DNA of 64,000 bases from Candidatus Poribacteria bacterium (GTDB taxonomy: Bacteria; Poribacteria; WGA-4E; PCPOR2b), in the NCBI GenBank assembly GCA_965208325.1, contig OZ242326.1, positions 4,160,001 to 4,224,000 of the forward strand, written 5' to 3'. The translations under genes and the position numbers were made by a program. Under the pieces are notes generated by a model that was not told the DNA's origin, ran no database searches, and saw only the letters and a list, made by a program, of their open reading frames with translations. Below are positions 21,101-31,882 of this stretch, piece by piece (the stretch's first letter is position 1; the number at the start of each line of letters is the position of its first letter).

Positions 21101-22216
21101 TTAACTCAAATTGATTTCGCTCCGCTGCTTTGCGGAGCGGTACATCTCCTCAATGAGACGGGTCACGGTCAAACCGATAGCCGCGGTATCAATCATTTTA
21201 ACCCGGCCTAACGCCCCCCAAACGAAGTGCTGCTGTGGGTCGTCGCAGCCTTCCGCCATCAATCCGAGCAATCGCATCCGTCTTTCGTAAGCGTCGATAT
21301 TGAAGTGGACATCAGCCTCAATGCCGTACATATCCGTATAGAGCGTGAACGGCTGTTGTGTAGTTTCATTCGACTTTGTATCGACGTGGAACGCCAACGG
21401 TTCTAGCCGCAGCCCGCCTTTAGATCCCATGATGCAATCTCCATCGCCGCCGTCCAGATTTACAGCCCACGCCGTTTCGACAAACATCGTGATGCCGCCT
21501 TTGAAACGAATAAAGCCGGTGCCGATTTCTTCTACGTTGTAACCGCTCTCTCGACGGCGGATTTCGTCCATTTCCAGCGACTGAAACGTTGACGCGGTTA
21601 CGGATTCAACCTCCGGATTGTTTAGCAGGTAAACCATTCTCGCCATCTGATAGACCCCAACGTCTATTAGGGCACCGCCGCCGGATTTCTGCTTCTGCAC
21701 AAAATGGGGCGTCGCGTAGCCATCCACATACACCCGTGCACGGCGGAGATACCGACTCGTCTTAGCATAGTAGGTTCGCCCGAGCGCGCCTTCTTGGATT
21801 AAGTATTTGGCTGTTCGCGTCTCTTTGCTAAAGAGCGTTCTCATCTGCACCGCCAGTATTTTCCCCGTCCGCTGTGCGGTGTCATACATCGCCCGCGCTT
21901 CTGCATACGTGGTCGCCATTGGTTTCTCACAGTAGACATGCTTGCCAGCTTCCAAGGCTGCGATTGTAACCGGGGAATGCAAGAAATTGGGGAGACAGAC
22001 ATCGACACTGTCAATCTCGTCAATGTTGAGCAGGTCACGATAATCGGAAAATACGCGTGCGATGCCGTGTTCATGGCCGACACGCTGTGCGTCAGCGACA
22101 TTGAAATCGGCTACCGCGGCAATCTCAACCTCCTGGCGCATTGATTGGTAGTTTTGAATGTGGCGTTTGCCGACGAGTCCTGTTCCGATTATTCCGACTC
22201 TGAGCTTGTCTGACAT
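21101..22216 (-). CDS. Gfo/Idh/MocA family oxidoreductase
   Basis: GIIGTG, AGKHVYCEKPM, GGGALIDVGVY. Confidence 0.92.
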   Translation of the reverse strand: MSDKLRVGIIGTGLVGKRHIQNYQSMRQEVEIAAVADFNVADAQRVGHEHGIARVFSDYRDLLNIDEIDSVDVCLPNFLHSPVTIAALEAGKHVYCEKPMATTYAEARAMYDTAQRTGKILAVQMRTLFSKETRTAKYLIQEGALGRTYYAKTSRYLRRARVYVDGYATPHFVQKQKSGGGALIDVGVYQMARMVYLLNNPEVESVTASTFQSLEMDEIRRRESGYNVEEIGTGFIRFKGGITMFVETAWAVNLDGGDGDCIMGSKGGLRLEPLAFHVDTKSNETTQQPFTLYTDMYGIEADVHFNIDAYERRMRLLGLMAEGCDDPQQHFVWGALGRVKMIDTAAIGLTVTRLIEEMYRSAKQRSEINLS

Positions 22217-22236
22217 AGATTCTCCACAAAACTAGT

Positions 22237-23964
22237 CTACCAGCGGACAACTTCTTTGGGAATGAAATAGGTCCGGCCGATTTCCGATACGCCGTTATGT
22301 ACCGGTTTGCCTTGCCACATCGGCCCAATATTTCCGGGCGGGTCGAAGTCGACGACTTCGTTTCCACGCAAGGTAACGGTTGCCTCAATGTGCCCCACCT
22401 GCATCCGCGTCGTTCGCTCCGGTAAATCAAAGGTCAAGAGAAGTTCCTCTCCAACCGTACGCTGCGATATTGTCGCGTACGGCCCGTCATGATTGAATGC
22501 TACCGTTTCTCCGGATGGTCTGGACGTGATGGCTAGTGATCTGGGGTTTAGCCATGATGGCATACGAACCCGTAAGCATGCCTGCTTCTTCATGTGGATA
22601 CTCACCCTGCCCGCATAAGGTAGGTCGCTGGTTACGTCCGCAGATTTGGACGCTCGATTCATCAGCAGTTCGACCGTTACACGCTCCGGTTCCTCGTTTA
22701 GCATGCGGCACCAAGCGAAGTAGAGGGCTCGTGACGAATTCGCGACGCAGCACTGTGTGATGCCCGGATTCCATACGCGGAACTCGTTGGGGCTTGCCCA
22801 AGCCGCAAAGTTGCCGACGAGCCGTTCGGGCACCTGCTGTATCTCATCCAGCTCCGGATCAATTGGCGTCTCTGGTACGGATGAGAGTGATTCCTCAATC
22901 CACCGAGAACTGGTCAACTGGCATTCGGTCAACATATTTCTCACGTAACAATCTACGTGTTCCCAATAGTCCCCAATTCCCGCTTCAGTCAGCTTAAGCG
23001 CGGCGCCAGTCATGGCAGCGGTGTCACACGCCTCGCAGTTGATGACGCCGCCGCGGTCTTGGGGCCACTCGAGATACTCGGGGAAAAAACCAATCTCTGG
23101 AGCGCCGTGCGTCCTAGCAAATTCGTAACCCTTGCGTGCAAACTCCGCGAACGACCGGTCGCCCGAAACGAGGGTGTATTCGGTCAACACGAGAAGTCCG
23201 TTCGCGTGACAGTAGAAATGGATGGCAGATTTTGGCCCCAAATAGCCCTCGTGGCGTGCTAAAAATTGGCCGTCTTCGCAGAAATACTCCGCATGGTAAC
23301 GTATGAATCGGGCGAGTTTTCCGGCAAGATCCGATGCGGCGGCGTCGCCCGTTTCGCGAACGAACGCACACAGTCCCTGAAGCAGATAGACGCTATGCCG
23401 CGCCGGCCAACCTTTCGCATGTTCGACGCCCATGTAGTCCGGTCGTCTGCCCGACTGCGTCGCCGGACGATAGTTCAAATCATATTTCGCCGGGATATAA
23501 GCGAAATCGTCTATCTTTGGACAGATAGTGTCGAGGCGTTCGACCACGCGCTGTCCGGTCTCCAACCATGCTGGATCGCGTGTTAGCCGGTAATGGAGGG
23601 CTATGGCACATAGACTGCGTCCCATGTAGACTGGATGAAGATGTTCAATACCATTGCGCCGCGCATGAAGCCATTCGATCCAAGCCGCATCAACATCCAT
23701 GTTTGCGAGATTGCCCGTCATCAGCCGGTTAAGCAGGAGCGGTTCAGAGAGTTTCCCCTGTGCTGATTCCCATGTGTGACTGATTCGCGGCGGGTTCACG
23801 ATGATATTTCCGCGAAAGTAGGTGTCGTAATCCCGTCTTGGATTTACGCTGCGCGTAATCGCGTTAAGCGCAAGTTCAGCACGGTAAGCCAAATCGAGCG
23901 TGTCGGGGACAACCCGAAGCTCGTAAACCCCCGCTGGGATGGGCGCGGTTGATGAAGCATGCAT
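22237..23964 (-). CDS. GH127/GH146-like (alpha/alpha)-barrel glycoside hydrolase
   Basis: NCEACD and QCCVAN cysteine motifs; SDLPYAGRV...LRVRMPSW beta-sandwich region. Confidence 0.55.
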   Translation of the reverse strand: MHASSTAPIPAGVYELRVVPDTLDLAYRAELALNAITRSVNPRRDYDTYFRGNIIVNPPRISHTWESAQGKLSEPLLLNRLMTGNLANMDVDAAWIEWLHARRNGIEHLHPVYMGRSLCAIALHYRLTRDPAWLETGQRVVERLDTICPKIDDFAYIPAKYDLNYRPATQSGRRPDYMGVEHAKGWPARHSVYLLQGLCAFVRETGDAAASDLAGKLARFIRYHAEYFCEDGQFLARHEGYLGPKSAIHFYCHANGLLVLTEYTLVSGDRSFAEFARKGYEFARTHGAPEIGFFPEYLEWPQDRGGVINCEACDTAAMTGAALKLTEAGIGDYWEHVDCYVRNMLTECQLTSSRWIEESLSSVPETPIDPELDEIQQVPERLVGNFAAWASPNEFRVWNPGITQCCVANSSRALYFAWCRMLNEEPERVTVELLMNRASKSADVTSDLPYAGRVSIHMKKQACLRVRMPSWLNPRSLAITSRPSGETVAFNHDGPYATISQRTVGEELLLTFDLPERTTRMQVGHIEATVTLRGNEVVDFDPPGNIGPMWQGKPVHNGVSEIGRTYFIPKEVVRW

Positions 23965-24248
23965 GCTGTTGGCCTCCTTTCAAAAAATTTGATTCGGAAA
24001 TCTTCGGATAAAATATGTTAACCGTGTGAGATACTTTCCACTCTGAAAATGTTTGCTTCGGCTATTTTGCGCAGGAATTGTAGCGAGGAGTACGTGCAAC
24101 CAGTTTATAAAGACATTTCCTCAACTGTTTTAGCATTGCTTATCCATAAAATAATTCCACTCTAAACGATTTTTCAGCTAAAGCGTCAAATTGACATGAT
24201 GCTAATTTATTGACCATGTTTTCCAAAATGAATAAGGAGAATGAAACA

Positions 24249-24842
24249 ATGGAAATGCGAATCTGGCCGCACAAGCATTGGATTTATGAATCTGTTGTGT
24301 TCTTGTTTATACTTTCACTCATCGGTTGCGACGCTCTAGAACAGGCGCAGCAACGGCGGAATAAACGACTCAATCCGAACTTTACCCAACAGAATCCGCT
24401 GTCAAGTGTTCAAAGCGCAACAGCTTCGCTCACCAATCAACCCGCGCCATCCTTCACGTTGCAGGATTTAAACGGTAATCAGGTGAGTCTGGCAGATTTC
24501 AAGGGCAAGCCAGTCATTTTAAACTTCTGGACGACGTCGTGAGGGCCATGCCGTGTGGAGGTTCCACACTTGAACAGGCTATACCAGAAATACAAAGATC
24601 AAGGACTAGTGGTCATTGGTGTGAGCAGTGAACCAGATTTTAGAGTGAAAAGTTTTGTGCAACGGACACCCATCGCTTATACCATCCTTTTGAACGGGCG
24701 CGCTCAATTTCAAGCATACAGTGTGCAGGGTGTCCCATCCACCTATTATATTGATAAAGAGGGCATTGTGCGCTACCGTGAGGTTGGCTTTGGACCCGGC
24801 GGCGAGATAGCCATAGAGCAGAAGATAAAGGAACTCCTTTAA
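24249..24842 (+). CDS. TlpA/peroxiredoxin-like selenoprotein lipoprotein (UxxC)
   Basis: ORFs 24210..24542 and 24555..24842 are in one frame; in-frame TGA at 24540-24542 gives NFWTTS-U-GPC; lipobox LIGC; AAGGAG RBS. Confidence 0.85.
24553..24569 (+). promoter_or_regulatory. Bacterial SECIS-like hairpin
   Basis: GTGTGGA-GGT-TCCACAC perfect stem starting 10 nt after the TGA, G-containing loop. Confidence 0.7.
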
Positions 24843-24910
24843 CTACGTCCCTTGATAGAAAATTCATCCGCAAACGTACGGATTTGTAGATTGAATGAAA
24901 GAGTACCGCC

Positions 24911-25741
24911 TTAGAAATCCGGATATCCTTCTGTGTCCAATGCTGGAGACTCCGGTGGTTGAGATATTGTGTCCGCCGATTCATTTCCGGTTACTTCAAT
25001 TTCGACGATTCGGGCGGTACTCTTTTCTATCACGCTACCAAACGTGCGATCCACTACTTTTCGGTCATTGCTGCGATACACGACAAATTGAACCTTGGTG
25101 ATTTTCATTGGGGAAAACCTGAACTCAATTTTGCCGCCAGCCGGTTTTCCATAGGATGCTTGAGTCCTATACTCAATCTTTCCGGTTTTAATTCGACCTA
25201 AAGTTTCCCACCGTTTTTCGCGCCAAACTCTGAGAAGTCCCGAATAAATGCCAAATTTCGAAGCTGGATACTCGGAAGAATCCAGTGTGTGAATCACAAT
25301 CCGATTGACCCGTTTTCGTTCAGGAAAATGCACTTCAATCCAAGCGCAACCTTGTGATTCCCCGGGTATGTTGTCATCGAACGGATTTAGGAAGGGGTTG
25401 TAGCCGTGAATGCGTTCAAATTGAACTTCCCAACCTTCCCCCTTATCCCAATTTTCTGAGGAAGCGATACCGTTGATAGCCGTTGCGGCGTCATGTCCTG
25501 GGGTGGAGGTTGAAGTTATGGAGTATTCGATGCCGTCGTGAGTGGAATCGATCATGGATTGAACCCTGTGACCGGGCGTTCCCATTGAAGCAATAACCGT
25601 GGCGCCGTTTTGTGCGGTTGCATGGTCGAGTAGCTTTTTGTCCCGTGCAACTTCCGGAATCACTTGCGAGAGGCAGCCAATCCCCCCAACAGATACCAAA
25701 AACACAATCCAAATCTTAACCAAAGCGTTTAGGCTTTTCAT
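24911..25741 (-). CDS. Hypothetical lipoprotein, galactose-binding/discoidin-like beta-sandwich
   Basis: Lipobox GIGC; AINGI, AWIEVHF...VNRIVIH, ARIVEIEV. Confidence 0.55.
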   Translation of the reverse strand: MKSLNALVKIWIVFLVSVGGIGCLSQVIPEVARDKKLLDHATAQNGATVIASMGTPGHRVQSMIDSTHDGIEYSITSTSTPGHDAATAINGIASSENWDKGEGWEVQFERIHGYNPFLNPFDDNIPGESQGCAWIEVHFPERKRVNRIVIHTLDSSEYPASKFGIYSGLLRVWREKRWETLGRIKTGKIEYRTQASYGKPAGGKIEFRFSPMKITKVQFVVYRSNDRKVVDRTFGSVIEKSTARIVEIEVTGNESADTISQPPESPALDTEGYPDF

Positions 25742-26173
25742 GCCAAGCCTCCCTGATATTGGATCGCCGAAGCGGTTATCTCAACAAAATATTGTTGGAA
25801 TATTAATATAGGTTCTTTGGAATGTCAAGAAAACGTCTGGTGCATGCTGTATATCTAATAACACCTGAAATTGGCGAGGACGCGATTTTAGCGATTTGGC
25901 AACTTAGACAAAGCCGCCGAAGAAAACGTCTGATTGCGGCTGCGAGCGATTGAATACGTGTAGGACACAAAGGGGTTTGACTTAACCTGCGATAGCGGTT
26001 TGCCATTTGCTGGTGATTTCGAAGCGACATCAGTCCTCAATAAGGCATTGCGGGAGCAATTTCAAGACAACTGTGATGATGATGGCCGGTTGGACGAAAA
26101 ATCTAAACGATGGGGAAATTTTGGGAGCGATGATTGGGTGTTGCCTAGTCGTGAAAATTGCACTTCAACAGGT

Positions 26174-26806
26174 TTACCCTTTACTCGGTTGGTAGTAGGG
26201 ATTTGTACCTGCGGCGTGATCCGTGGTATCTACGATTTGAGTAATCTCCGGGAATACATCCTTAATCATTGATTCAATCCCGTGCTTCAATGTGACATTC
26301 GCCATGCCGCAACCCTGACATCCGCCTCCCATGTGTATGTAGATTGAATCATCCTTGACGTCTAAAAGGTCAATATGCCCGCCGTGTGCTGCTACCGCGG
26401 GATTAATCTGTTCGTCAATGAGTTCCTGAATCTTTTGAGCTTTGGGGTTATCCCAAGTTGGCGTGTTTGGATTCTCAACATTAAAACCGCTCGAATTCAG
26501 GGTTTCCACATAGTCAATGGTCGAGCCCTTCAGATTTTCAGCGCTCTCCGGATCAATTAAAACCTTGAAGTCGCCGCAGTCAACGACGACATCGTCCGGA
26601 GCTGCTTCTTCTTCAAGCCCTAGCCCGTACTGGAAGGCAGACGCAGTACGTCCTTCAATGGAGATTCGGAGACCTTCAACTTTTGCCTCTTGTCCATCAA
26701 TAATCGAATTTACCTTTTGCCTTGCAGCGTCGGTAACCGAGATGGAAAAATCCCCGTCCCCTGCGTCGGGTTGTTTCATCCTTAGCTTATTCAGCAGATT
26801 TTTCAT
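26174..26806 (-). CDS. nfuA: Fe-S biogenesis protein NfuA
   Basis: N-terminal degenerate HesB domain plus NifU-C INPAVAAHGG...GGGCQGC; DTTDHAAGTNPYY. Confidence 0.9.
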   Translation of the reverse strand: MKNLLNKLRMKQPDAGDGDFSISVTDAARQKVNSIIDGQEAKVEGLRISIEGRTASAFQYGLGLEEEAAPDDVVVDCGDFKVLIDPESAENLKGSTIDYVETLNSSGFNVENPNTPTWDNPKAQKIQELIDEQINPAVAAHGGHIDLLDVKDDSIYIHMGGGCQGCGMANVTLKHGIESMIKDVFPEITQIVDTTDHAAGTNPYYQPSKG

Positions 26807-26932
26807 TGTCTTTGAAACATTCCGTAGAGAATGCTCTCTCCTTTCGTAGTATGGGAGGTCAAATTTTAAAAATGCTGCGGCGAGAAAACGAATTCCTTCC
26901 CGGTAAATCAGTGGTTTTCGATGGCTGAATTG

Positions 26933-27898
26933 CTAGGCTGCCGATCTACACAGGGGTTTTGCGAGCAAACGAAGTTCGCCGTTTTCGTCATACAAACGCT
27001 GAAGTCGGGCGATTGCTTCTGCTTCCAATTGGCGAATGCGCTCTCTTGTAACGTTTAGTTTCTCTCCGATTTCAAGTAAGGTCCTCTCCTCACCATCTTC
27101 AAGGCCGAACCTCATTCGTAGAACGGCTCGCTCTCTTGCCTTTAATTTGCCAAGCAGCGAATCCACTAAATCTCGATCAATCAGTTCTGAAATCAACCCA
27201 ACCTCTGGGTTTGCCTCCGAATCTTCAATCAAATCTCCCAAACTATTCGCGTCTCTTTCATCGGTCAAAGGCAACTCTAACGAAAGGATTTCCGAGTTGA
27301 ATTCGAGTATTTCTTCGATCTGTTTATCGGTAAATTCGAGTGATTTGGATAATTCTTCAACTGTTGGTTCCCGTTGCAAATCCTGACTCAAGTTTGCATA
27401 AGTCGAGTCAATTTTGTTGACTTTCGCAACGATATATGAAGGCAACCGAATTGACCGAGAACAGTTATCTAGCGTTCTCATTATGGCTTGTCTAATCCAC
27501 CAAATGGCATAGGTGCTAAACTTAAAGCCTTTACGGTAGTCGAATTTATTTACTGCTTTCATTAATCCAATATTGCCTTCTTGAATAAGGTCTTCCAAGG
27601 GAACATTGTTGCCTTGGTATTTTAACGCTACGGAAATCACTAACCGCAGGTTTGCCTCAATCAATTCACTACGAGCGGATTCATCGGCTGCTTCAATTCG
27701 TTTGGCAAGCTCTATTTCTTCTTCCCGGGATAAAAGTTCATGGTGCGACGCTTCGCGCAACCAACTACTTAGCGCATCGATTTGAGTGCTGCTTGATTCA
27801 TCGTCTGATAACGCGGCTATCCAACCCTCATCGTCCTCAATATACGCTTCTTCTGTTCCCTCAACCAAGGTCTTTCCCCGGACATCATTTTCATTCAT
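26933..27898 (-). CDS. RpoD/RpoS-family sigma70 factor (second copy)
   Basis: [46 protein letters not shown]. Confidence 0.93.
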   Translation of the reverse strand: MNENDVRGKTLVEGTEEAYIEDDEGWIAALSDDESSSTQIDALSSWLREASHHELLSREEEIELAKRIEAADESARSELIEANLRLVISVALKYQGNNVPLEDLIQEGNIGLMKAVNKFDYRKGFKFSTYAIWWIRQAIMRTLDNCSRSIRLPSYIVAKVNKIDSTYANLSQDLQREPTVEELSKSLEFTDKQIEEILEFNSEILSLELPLTDERDANSLGDLIEDSEANPEVGLISELIDRDLVDSLLGKLKARERAVLRMRFGLEDGEERTLLEIGEKLNVTRERIRQLEAEAIARLQRLYDENGELRLLAKPLCRSAA

Positions 27899-27974
27899 TT
27901 CCTTTGTTCCCCATAGTCCGTTTACCGCTCCATTTAAATACTATCCATAATCGGCGTCTCATCTAACTACGGGA

Positions 27975-28003
27975 ATAATATCATCTTATCTAAGTTTAGT
28001 CAA
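27975..28003 (-). promoter_or_regulatory. Sigma70 promoter for the sigma factor gene
   Basis: Minus strand TTGACT-17nt-TATTAT with TGn extension. Confidence 0.65.
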
Positions 28004-28030
28004 GTAAATAACTTAAAAAATCATTTTAAC

Positions 28031-28059
28031 TTGTAAATTTGGAATTTTGTTGATATAAT
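28031..28059 (+). promoter_or_regulatory. Sigma70 promoter for the SufR-like regulator
   Basis: TTGTAA-17nt-TATAAT with TGn extension. Confidence 0.7.
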
Positions 28060-28085
28060 CTAATGTGTGAGTTGAAGGAGGTGCA

Positions 28086-28721
28086 ATGGTGAAATCGCTG
28101 CCGAAGGAAACACGGGGAGAGATTGTTTCTCTTTTGAAAAAGAGCGATGGCATGACTGCGGGCGAAATCGCGACGAAATTAGACCTCCATTCAATGACGG
28201 TTCGTCAGCATCTAACCGTTCTGGAGCGCGAGGGTTATATCCAATACAACCGAGAAAAAATCGGGCGGGGTAGGCCGACGTATGTATATCGCTTAGCAGA
28301 AGAGGCGGCAAGGTTATTTCCGAGCAACTATCCACGATTCACAATGGGAATCTTGGATGCATTAGTTATGGTGGATGGTGCAGAGAAAGTCGACCAGATA
28401 CTTGCTTACGACATGGAAGCAAAGATTTCAACGCACTTTAAAAACATTGAGGAAAAGAGTTTGGAGCGAAGGGTCGAAATGCTCGTTGATTTCTTGAATG
28501 AGGAGGGCTATATGGTTGAGGTTGAAGAAACGCCAACGGCTTTCATCATGAAAGAGCATAATTGTGCACTCGGTTCCGTAGTAGAAAAATACAATCAGCT
28601 CTGTCAGCAAGAACTCTCTCTTTTTGAGAGGTTACTCAGTGTTCCGGTTGAACGGCAATGCCACATGGTTACAGGCGATCACCTTTGCAGCTATAAGATT
28701 TCCAAAGTGGGCAATGCATAG
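28086..28721 (+). CDS. SufR-like HTH transcriptional regulator
   Basis: TVRQHL..LE, GRGRP..VYRL, FPSNY; C-terminal HNC...LC...C..C cysteines. Confidence 0.8.
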   Translation: MVKSLPKETRGEIVSLLKKSDGMTAGEIATKLDLHSMTVRQHLTVLEREGYIQYNREKIGRGRPTYVYRLAEEAARLFPSNYPRFTMGILDALVMVDGAEKVDQILAYDMEAKISTHFKNIEEKSLERRVEMLVDFLNEEGYMVEVEETPTAFIMKEHNCALGSVVEKYNQLCQQELSLFERLLSVPVERQCHMVTGDHLCSYKISKVGNA

Positions 28722-28786
28722 CGTACGTGAAAACGGCAAACTATACATCACACCGTCCACACTCGCATCTTACAAGGATTATTCTC

Positions 28787-29956
28787 TTACCCCAGTGCTT
28801 GGCGAATCCGATCAAGCGCCTCTTCTAATCGTGCATCGGGAACCGTCAGCGCGACCCGAAAATAGCCTTCACCAAACTCACCGTAAGCTGAACCAGCCGT
28901 AATGACAACCGCCGCCCTCTCAAAGATAAACGTCGCAAAATCGATCGAATTCATCTCATTGGGAGTCGGCAACCAGAGGTAAAATGTCCCCTTTGGCGGC
29001 GCGTAACTTGCCGGGACGACCTCCTTGAAGGTGTTTAGGATTTTCTCACGCCGGCGCGTATATATTTGCAGCATTTGCCCGATGTTATGCTGGCATTGAG
29101 ACAACGCTGCAATGCCAGCATATTGAATAGCGTTAAACACCCCAGAATCGGTATTTTCTTTGACCTTGGCTATTCCTGAAATGAGTTCTTGGTTGCCCAT
29201 CGCCATACCGATTCGCCACCCGGTCATATTGAATGGTTTCGACAGTGAATTGAGTTCAACCCCCACATCTATTGCACCCGGAGTCGATAAAAAACTCAAC
29301 GGCTCAGTATCGTCAAACACGATTTCACTGTAAGGATTATCGTGGCAAATGGCGATGCCGTGTGTTTTTGAAAATTCGACGACCTCGGCGAAGAATTCTG
29401 GAGTCGCGATGGCGCCGGTGGGATTATTCGGGTAATTCAGGAACATCGCCGTCGAGCGTTTAGCTACGTCTGACGGGATATCCGCGAGCCTTGGAAGAAA
29501 CCCGTTATCTACCGTAATAGGCACATTATACGGTTCGGCTTCCGCCATCAGAATGCTCGCGCGGTAAGCCGGATACCCTGGATCTGTCATCAAGACTGTG
29601 TCACCGGGATTGGCAACCGCCAGGATAAAATGGTGGCATCCCTCTTTAGAGCCGATTAAGCCCAACACTTCGCGTTCCGGGTCTAAATCAGCGTTGTATC
29701 TGGCCGCATACCAATCTGCAACGGCACGCCGAAAAGCAAACATTCCCTTTTCTTCGTCCGTTGGATAACGGTGGTTAGCTGCTTCTGCAGCCGATCGATT
29801 GAGTGCGTCAATTACCGGTTGGGGCGTTGGTTCAACCGGATCCCCGACCGCGAGGCTGATGACATCAATTCCCTCGGCTTTTGCCTTGTTGATTTTATTG
29901 CGCAATTCCATGAATAGATAGGGCGGAATCCTCTTTAACCGGTTCGCAATCTGCAT
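28787..29956 (-). CDS. dapL: LL-diaminopimelate aminotransferase (class I/II PLP enzyme)
   Basis: IPPYLF, GSKEG, LNYPNNPTGA, SLSKPFNMTGWRIG, KENTDSG. Confidence 0.8.
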   Translation of the reverse strand: MQIANRLKRIPPYLFMELRNKINKAKAEGIDVISLAVGDPVEPTPQPVIDALNRSAAEAANHRYPTDEEKGMFAFRRAVADWYAARYNADLDPEREVLGLIGSKEGCHHFILAVANPGDTVLMTDPGYPAYRASILMAEAEPYNVPITVDNGFLPRLADIPSDVAKRSTAMFLNYPNNPTGAIATPEFFAEVVEFSKTHGIAICHDNPYSEIVFDDTEPLSFLSTPGAIDVGVELNSLSKPFNMTGWRIGMAMGNQELISGIAKVKENTDSGVFNAIQYAGIAALSQCQHNIGQMLQIYTRRREKILNTFKEVVPASYAPPKGTFYLWLPTPNEMNSIDFATFIFERAAVVITAGSAYGEFGEGYFRVALTVPDARLEEALDRIRQALG

Positions 29957-30133
29957 GTTTTCTCCCACAAGTCTGTTGAATTTGGTGTTAGGAAATGGAA
30001 AATTTGCCGTTTTTACTTGATTTTGGCAATTAATACGCCGGATTTTTTGCAAAATAAAACATCACGACATGCCGCAGTGTATTTTAAGGGAAAAGCCGTG
30101 CGTTCTTTTGCATCTGCCCCTGCGAGGCTGAAA

Positions 30134-30976
30134 TCAAATCTCTACGAATTCGGCTTCCACGGAATTTTTGATAATTCCAGATTTGTAGCCGCGACGCAGC
30201 AGTTCTTTGACGCCGGCTCTGCCCTTTTCACCGTAGTCAAGGGTGTAGTCGTTGACATACATACCGACAAATCGATCCGTAAGATTAGTCTCCATGTCAC
30301 GTGCATAGGTCATTGCATACGCCAGTCCCTGTTCACGATGTTCAAGCGCGTATTGGATGCTCTGCTTGAGGAGCGAAGTAATTTGTTGGATGTCCTCGTC
30401 CCCGATATTTCGGCGGATTGCATTAGCGCCTAGCGGAAGCGGCAACCGGGTTTCCTCGAACCACCATTCCCCCAGATCGACAACTTTGCACAATCCTTCG
30501 CGTGAATACGTCAGTTGGCCTTCGTGAATAATTAATCCGGCATCGGCGCGGCCGTCTTGAACATATTGCAAAATTTGGTCGAATCGGACTACTTCGGGTT
30601 GGAAGTCCGGTTGGAAAAGACGCATCGTCAGATAGGCCGTGGTCATCTTGCCGGGAATTGCGATTTTTTTACCGGCAAGTTCTTCACGCGACATGGGTTC
30701 TTTAGAGACGACTAGCGGCCCGTATTGGTCGCCGATGCTTGCGCCGCAGGGCGTCAAAACGTAGTTTTCCGCGACATAAGCGTAAGCGTGAACAGAAATC
30801 GCTGTAACCTCCAATTCCGCATTGAGCGCACGGCAGTTTAAGCTCTCAATGTCTTCAATAACGTGCACAATCTCAAGATTATTGGTAGGGATAAGTCCTT
30901 CGGCGAGGGCATAAAACATGAAGGCATCATCAGAATCTGGGCTGTGACCAATTCGAATTTTTTCGATTTGCCGCAT
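30134..30976 (-). CDS. mqnD: 1,4-dihydroxy-6-naphthoate synthase (MqnA/MqnD family)
   Basis: GHSPDSDDAFMFYAL, LIIHEGQLTY, DLGEWW...LPLPLG, MYVN. Confidence 0.85.
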   Translation of the reverse strand: MRQIEKIRIGHSPDSDDAFMFYALAEGLIPTNNLEIVHVIEDIESLNCRALNAELEVTAISVHAYAYVAENYVLTPCGASIGDQYGPLVVSKEPMSREELAGKKIAIPGKMTTAYLTMRLFQPDFQPEVVRFDQILQYVQDGRADAGLIIHEGQLTYSREGLCKVVDLGEWWFEETRLPLPLGANAIRRNIGDEDIQQITSLLKQSIQYALEHREQGLAYAMTYARDMETNLTDRFVGMYVNDYTLDYGEKGRAGVKELLRRGYKSGIIKNSVEAEFVEI

Positions 30977-31052
30977 ATTTTCTCCGATTTGACTCCAGAA
31001 TGTTTGAAAGTTTCGTAATTTTCGTGACGTTAAAATTTGATTATCCGAGTTG

Positions 31053-31081
31053 ATTATAGCAAACGGAGAAAATCGTGTCAA
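31053..31081 (-). promoter_or_regulatory. Consensus sigma70 promoter for mqnD
   Basis: Minus strand TTGACA-17nt-TATAAT. Confidence 0.8.
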
Positions 31082-31232
31082 GACTCAACCGGACCGGAAC
31101 GAAGACCGAGATGCTTAGCGTTGACAAAATCTATTTGGATGTGCCAAAATATCGAAAATCGACATAGCATTCGGCGTTCTCTGCCGATTGAACGCTGTGC
31201 GTCGAGAAAAGGACAGATGGGTAAAAAGTAAA

Positions 31233-31802
31233 ATGAAAATCTACACAAAAACGGGCGACACAGGCGATACAGGACTTTATGGCGGGCAGCGGATCTCCAA
31301 GGACGCCAAGCGTGTAGAGGCGTTCGGTACGATTGATGAACTCAATGCTTGCATCGGATTTGCGGAATCGCAGATTGGAGACGGAGAGATTGGCACAATC
31401 CTAGCTGGCATTCAGAGCGAGCTCTTCGATCTCGGCGCAGATCTCGCGACGCCGGATGCACACCGAAGAGCGGAAGGTCTGAGAATTACTTCAGATTTGA
31501 CGGCTTCGTTGGAGAAAATGATAGATAGATTTCAAGAAATACTGCCGCCTATGACGCATTTTATTTTGCCAGGCGGGGCCAAGGGCGGCGCCGGGCTGCA
31601 CCTCGCTCGAACGGTGTGCCGGCGCGGCGAGCGCTGCGTTGTCAGCCTTGCAAAAACGGAATCCGTTAACCCAGAAATCTTGCGTTACTTGAACCGGCTT
31701 TCAGATTTTTTGTTCGTGCTTGCCCGCGTGGTGAATCACCGCGGCGGGATACCTGAATCAATTTGGCGGTCCCAGTTAGAGCGAGTTAAAGATGAACCGT
31801 GA
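31233..31802 (+). CDS. pduO: Cob(I)alamin adenosyltransferase, PduO type
   Basis: KIYTKTGDTGDT, GTIDELN, FILPGG, ARTVCRRGER, YLNRLSD. Confidence 0.92.
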   Translation: MKIYTKTGDTGDTGLYGGQRISKDAKRVEAFGTIDELNACIGFAESQIGDGEIGTILAGIQSELFDLGADLATPDAHRRAEGLRITSDLTASLEKMIDRFQEILPPMTHFILPGGAKGGAGLHLARTVCRRGERCVVSLAKTESVNPEILRYLNRLSDFLFVLARVVNHRGGIPESIWRSQLERVKDEP

Positions 31803-31882
31803 GTACTGTTTAATCTTTATCGGTTTGGGCGCCGATTTGACCGAGGCGAACATATCGAAATTGCGGCATGTAAAGCCATGGT

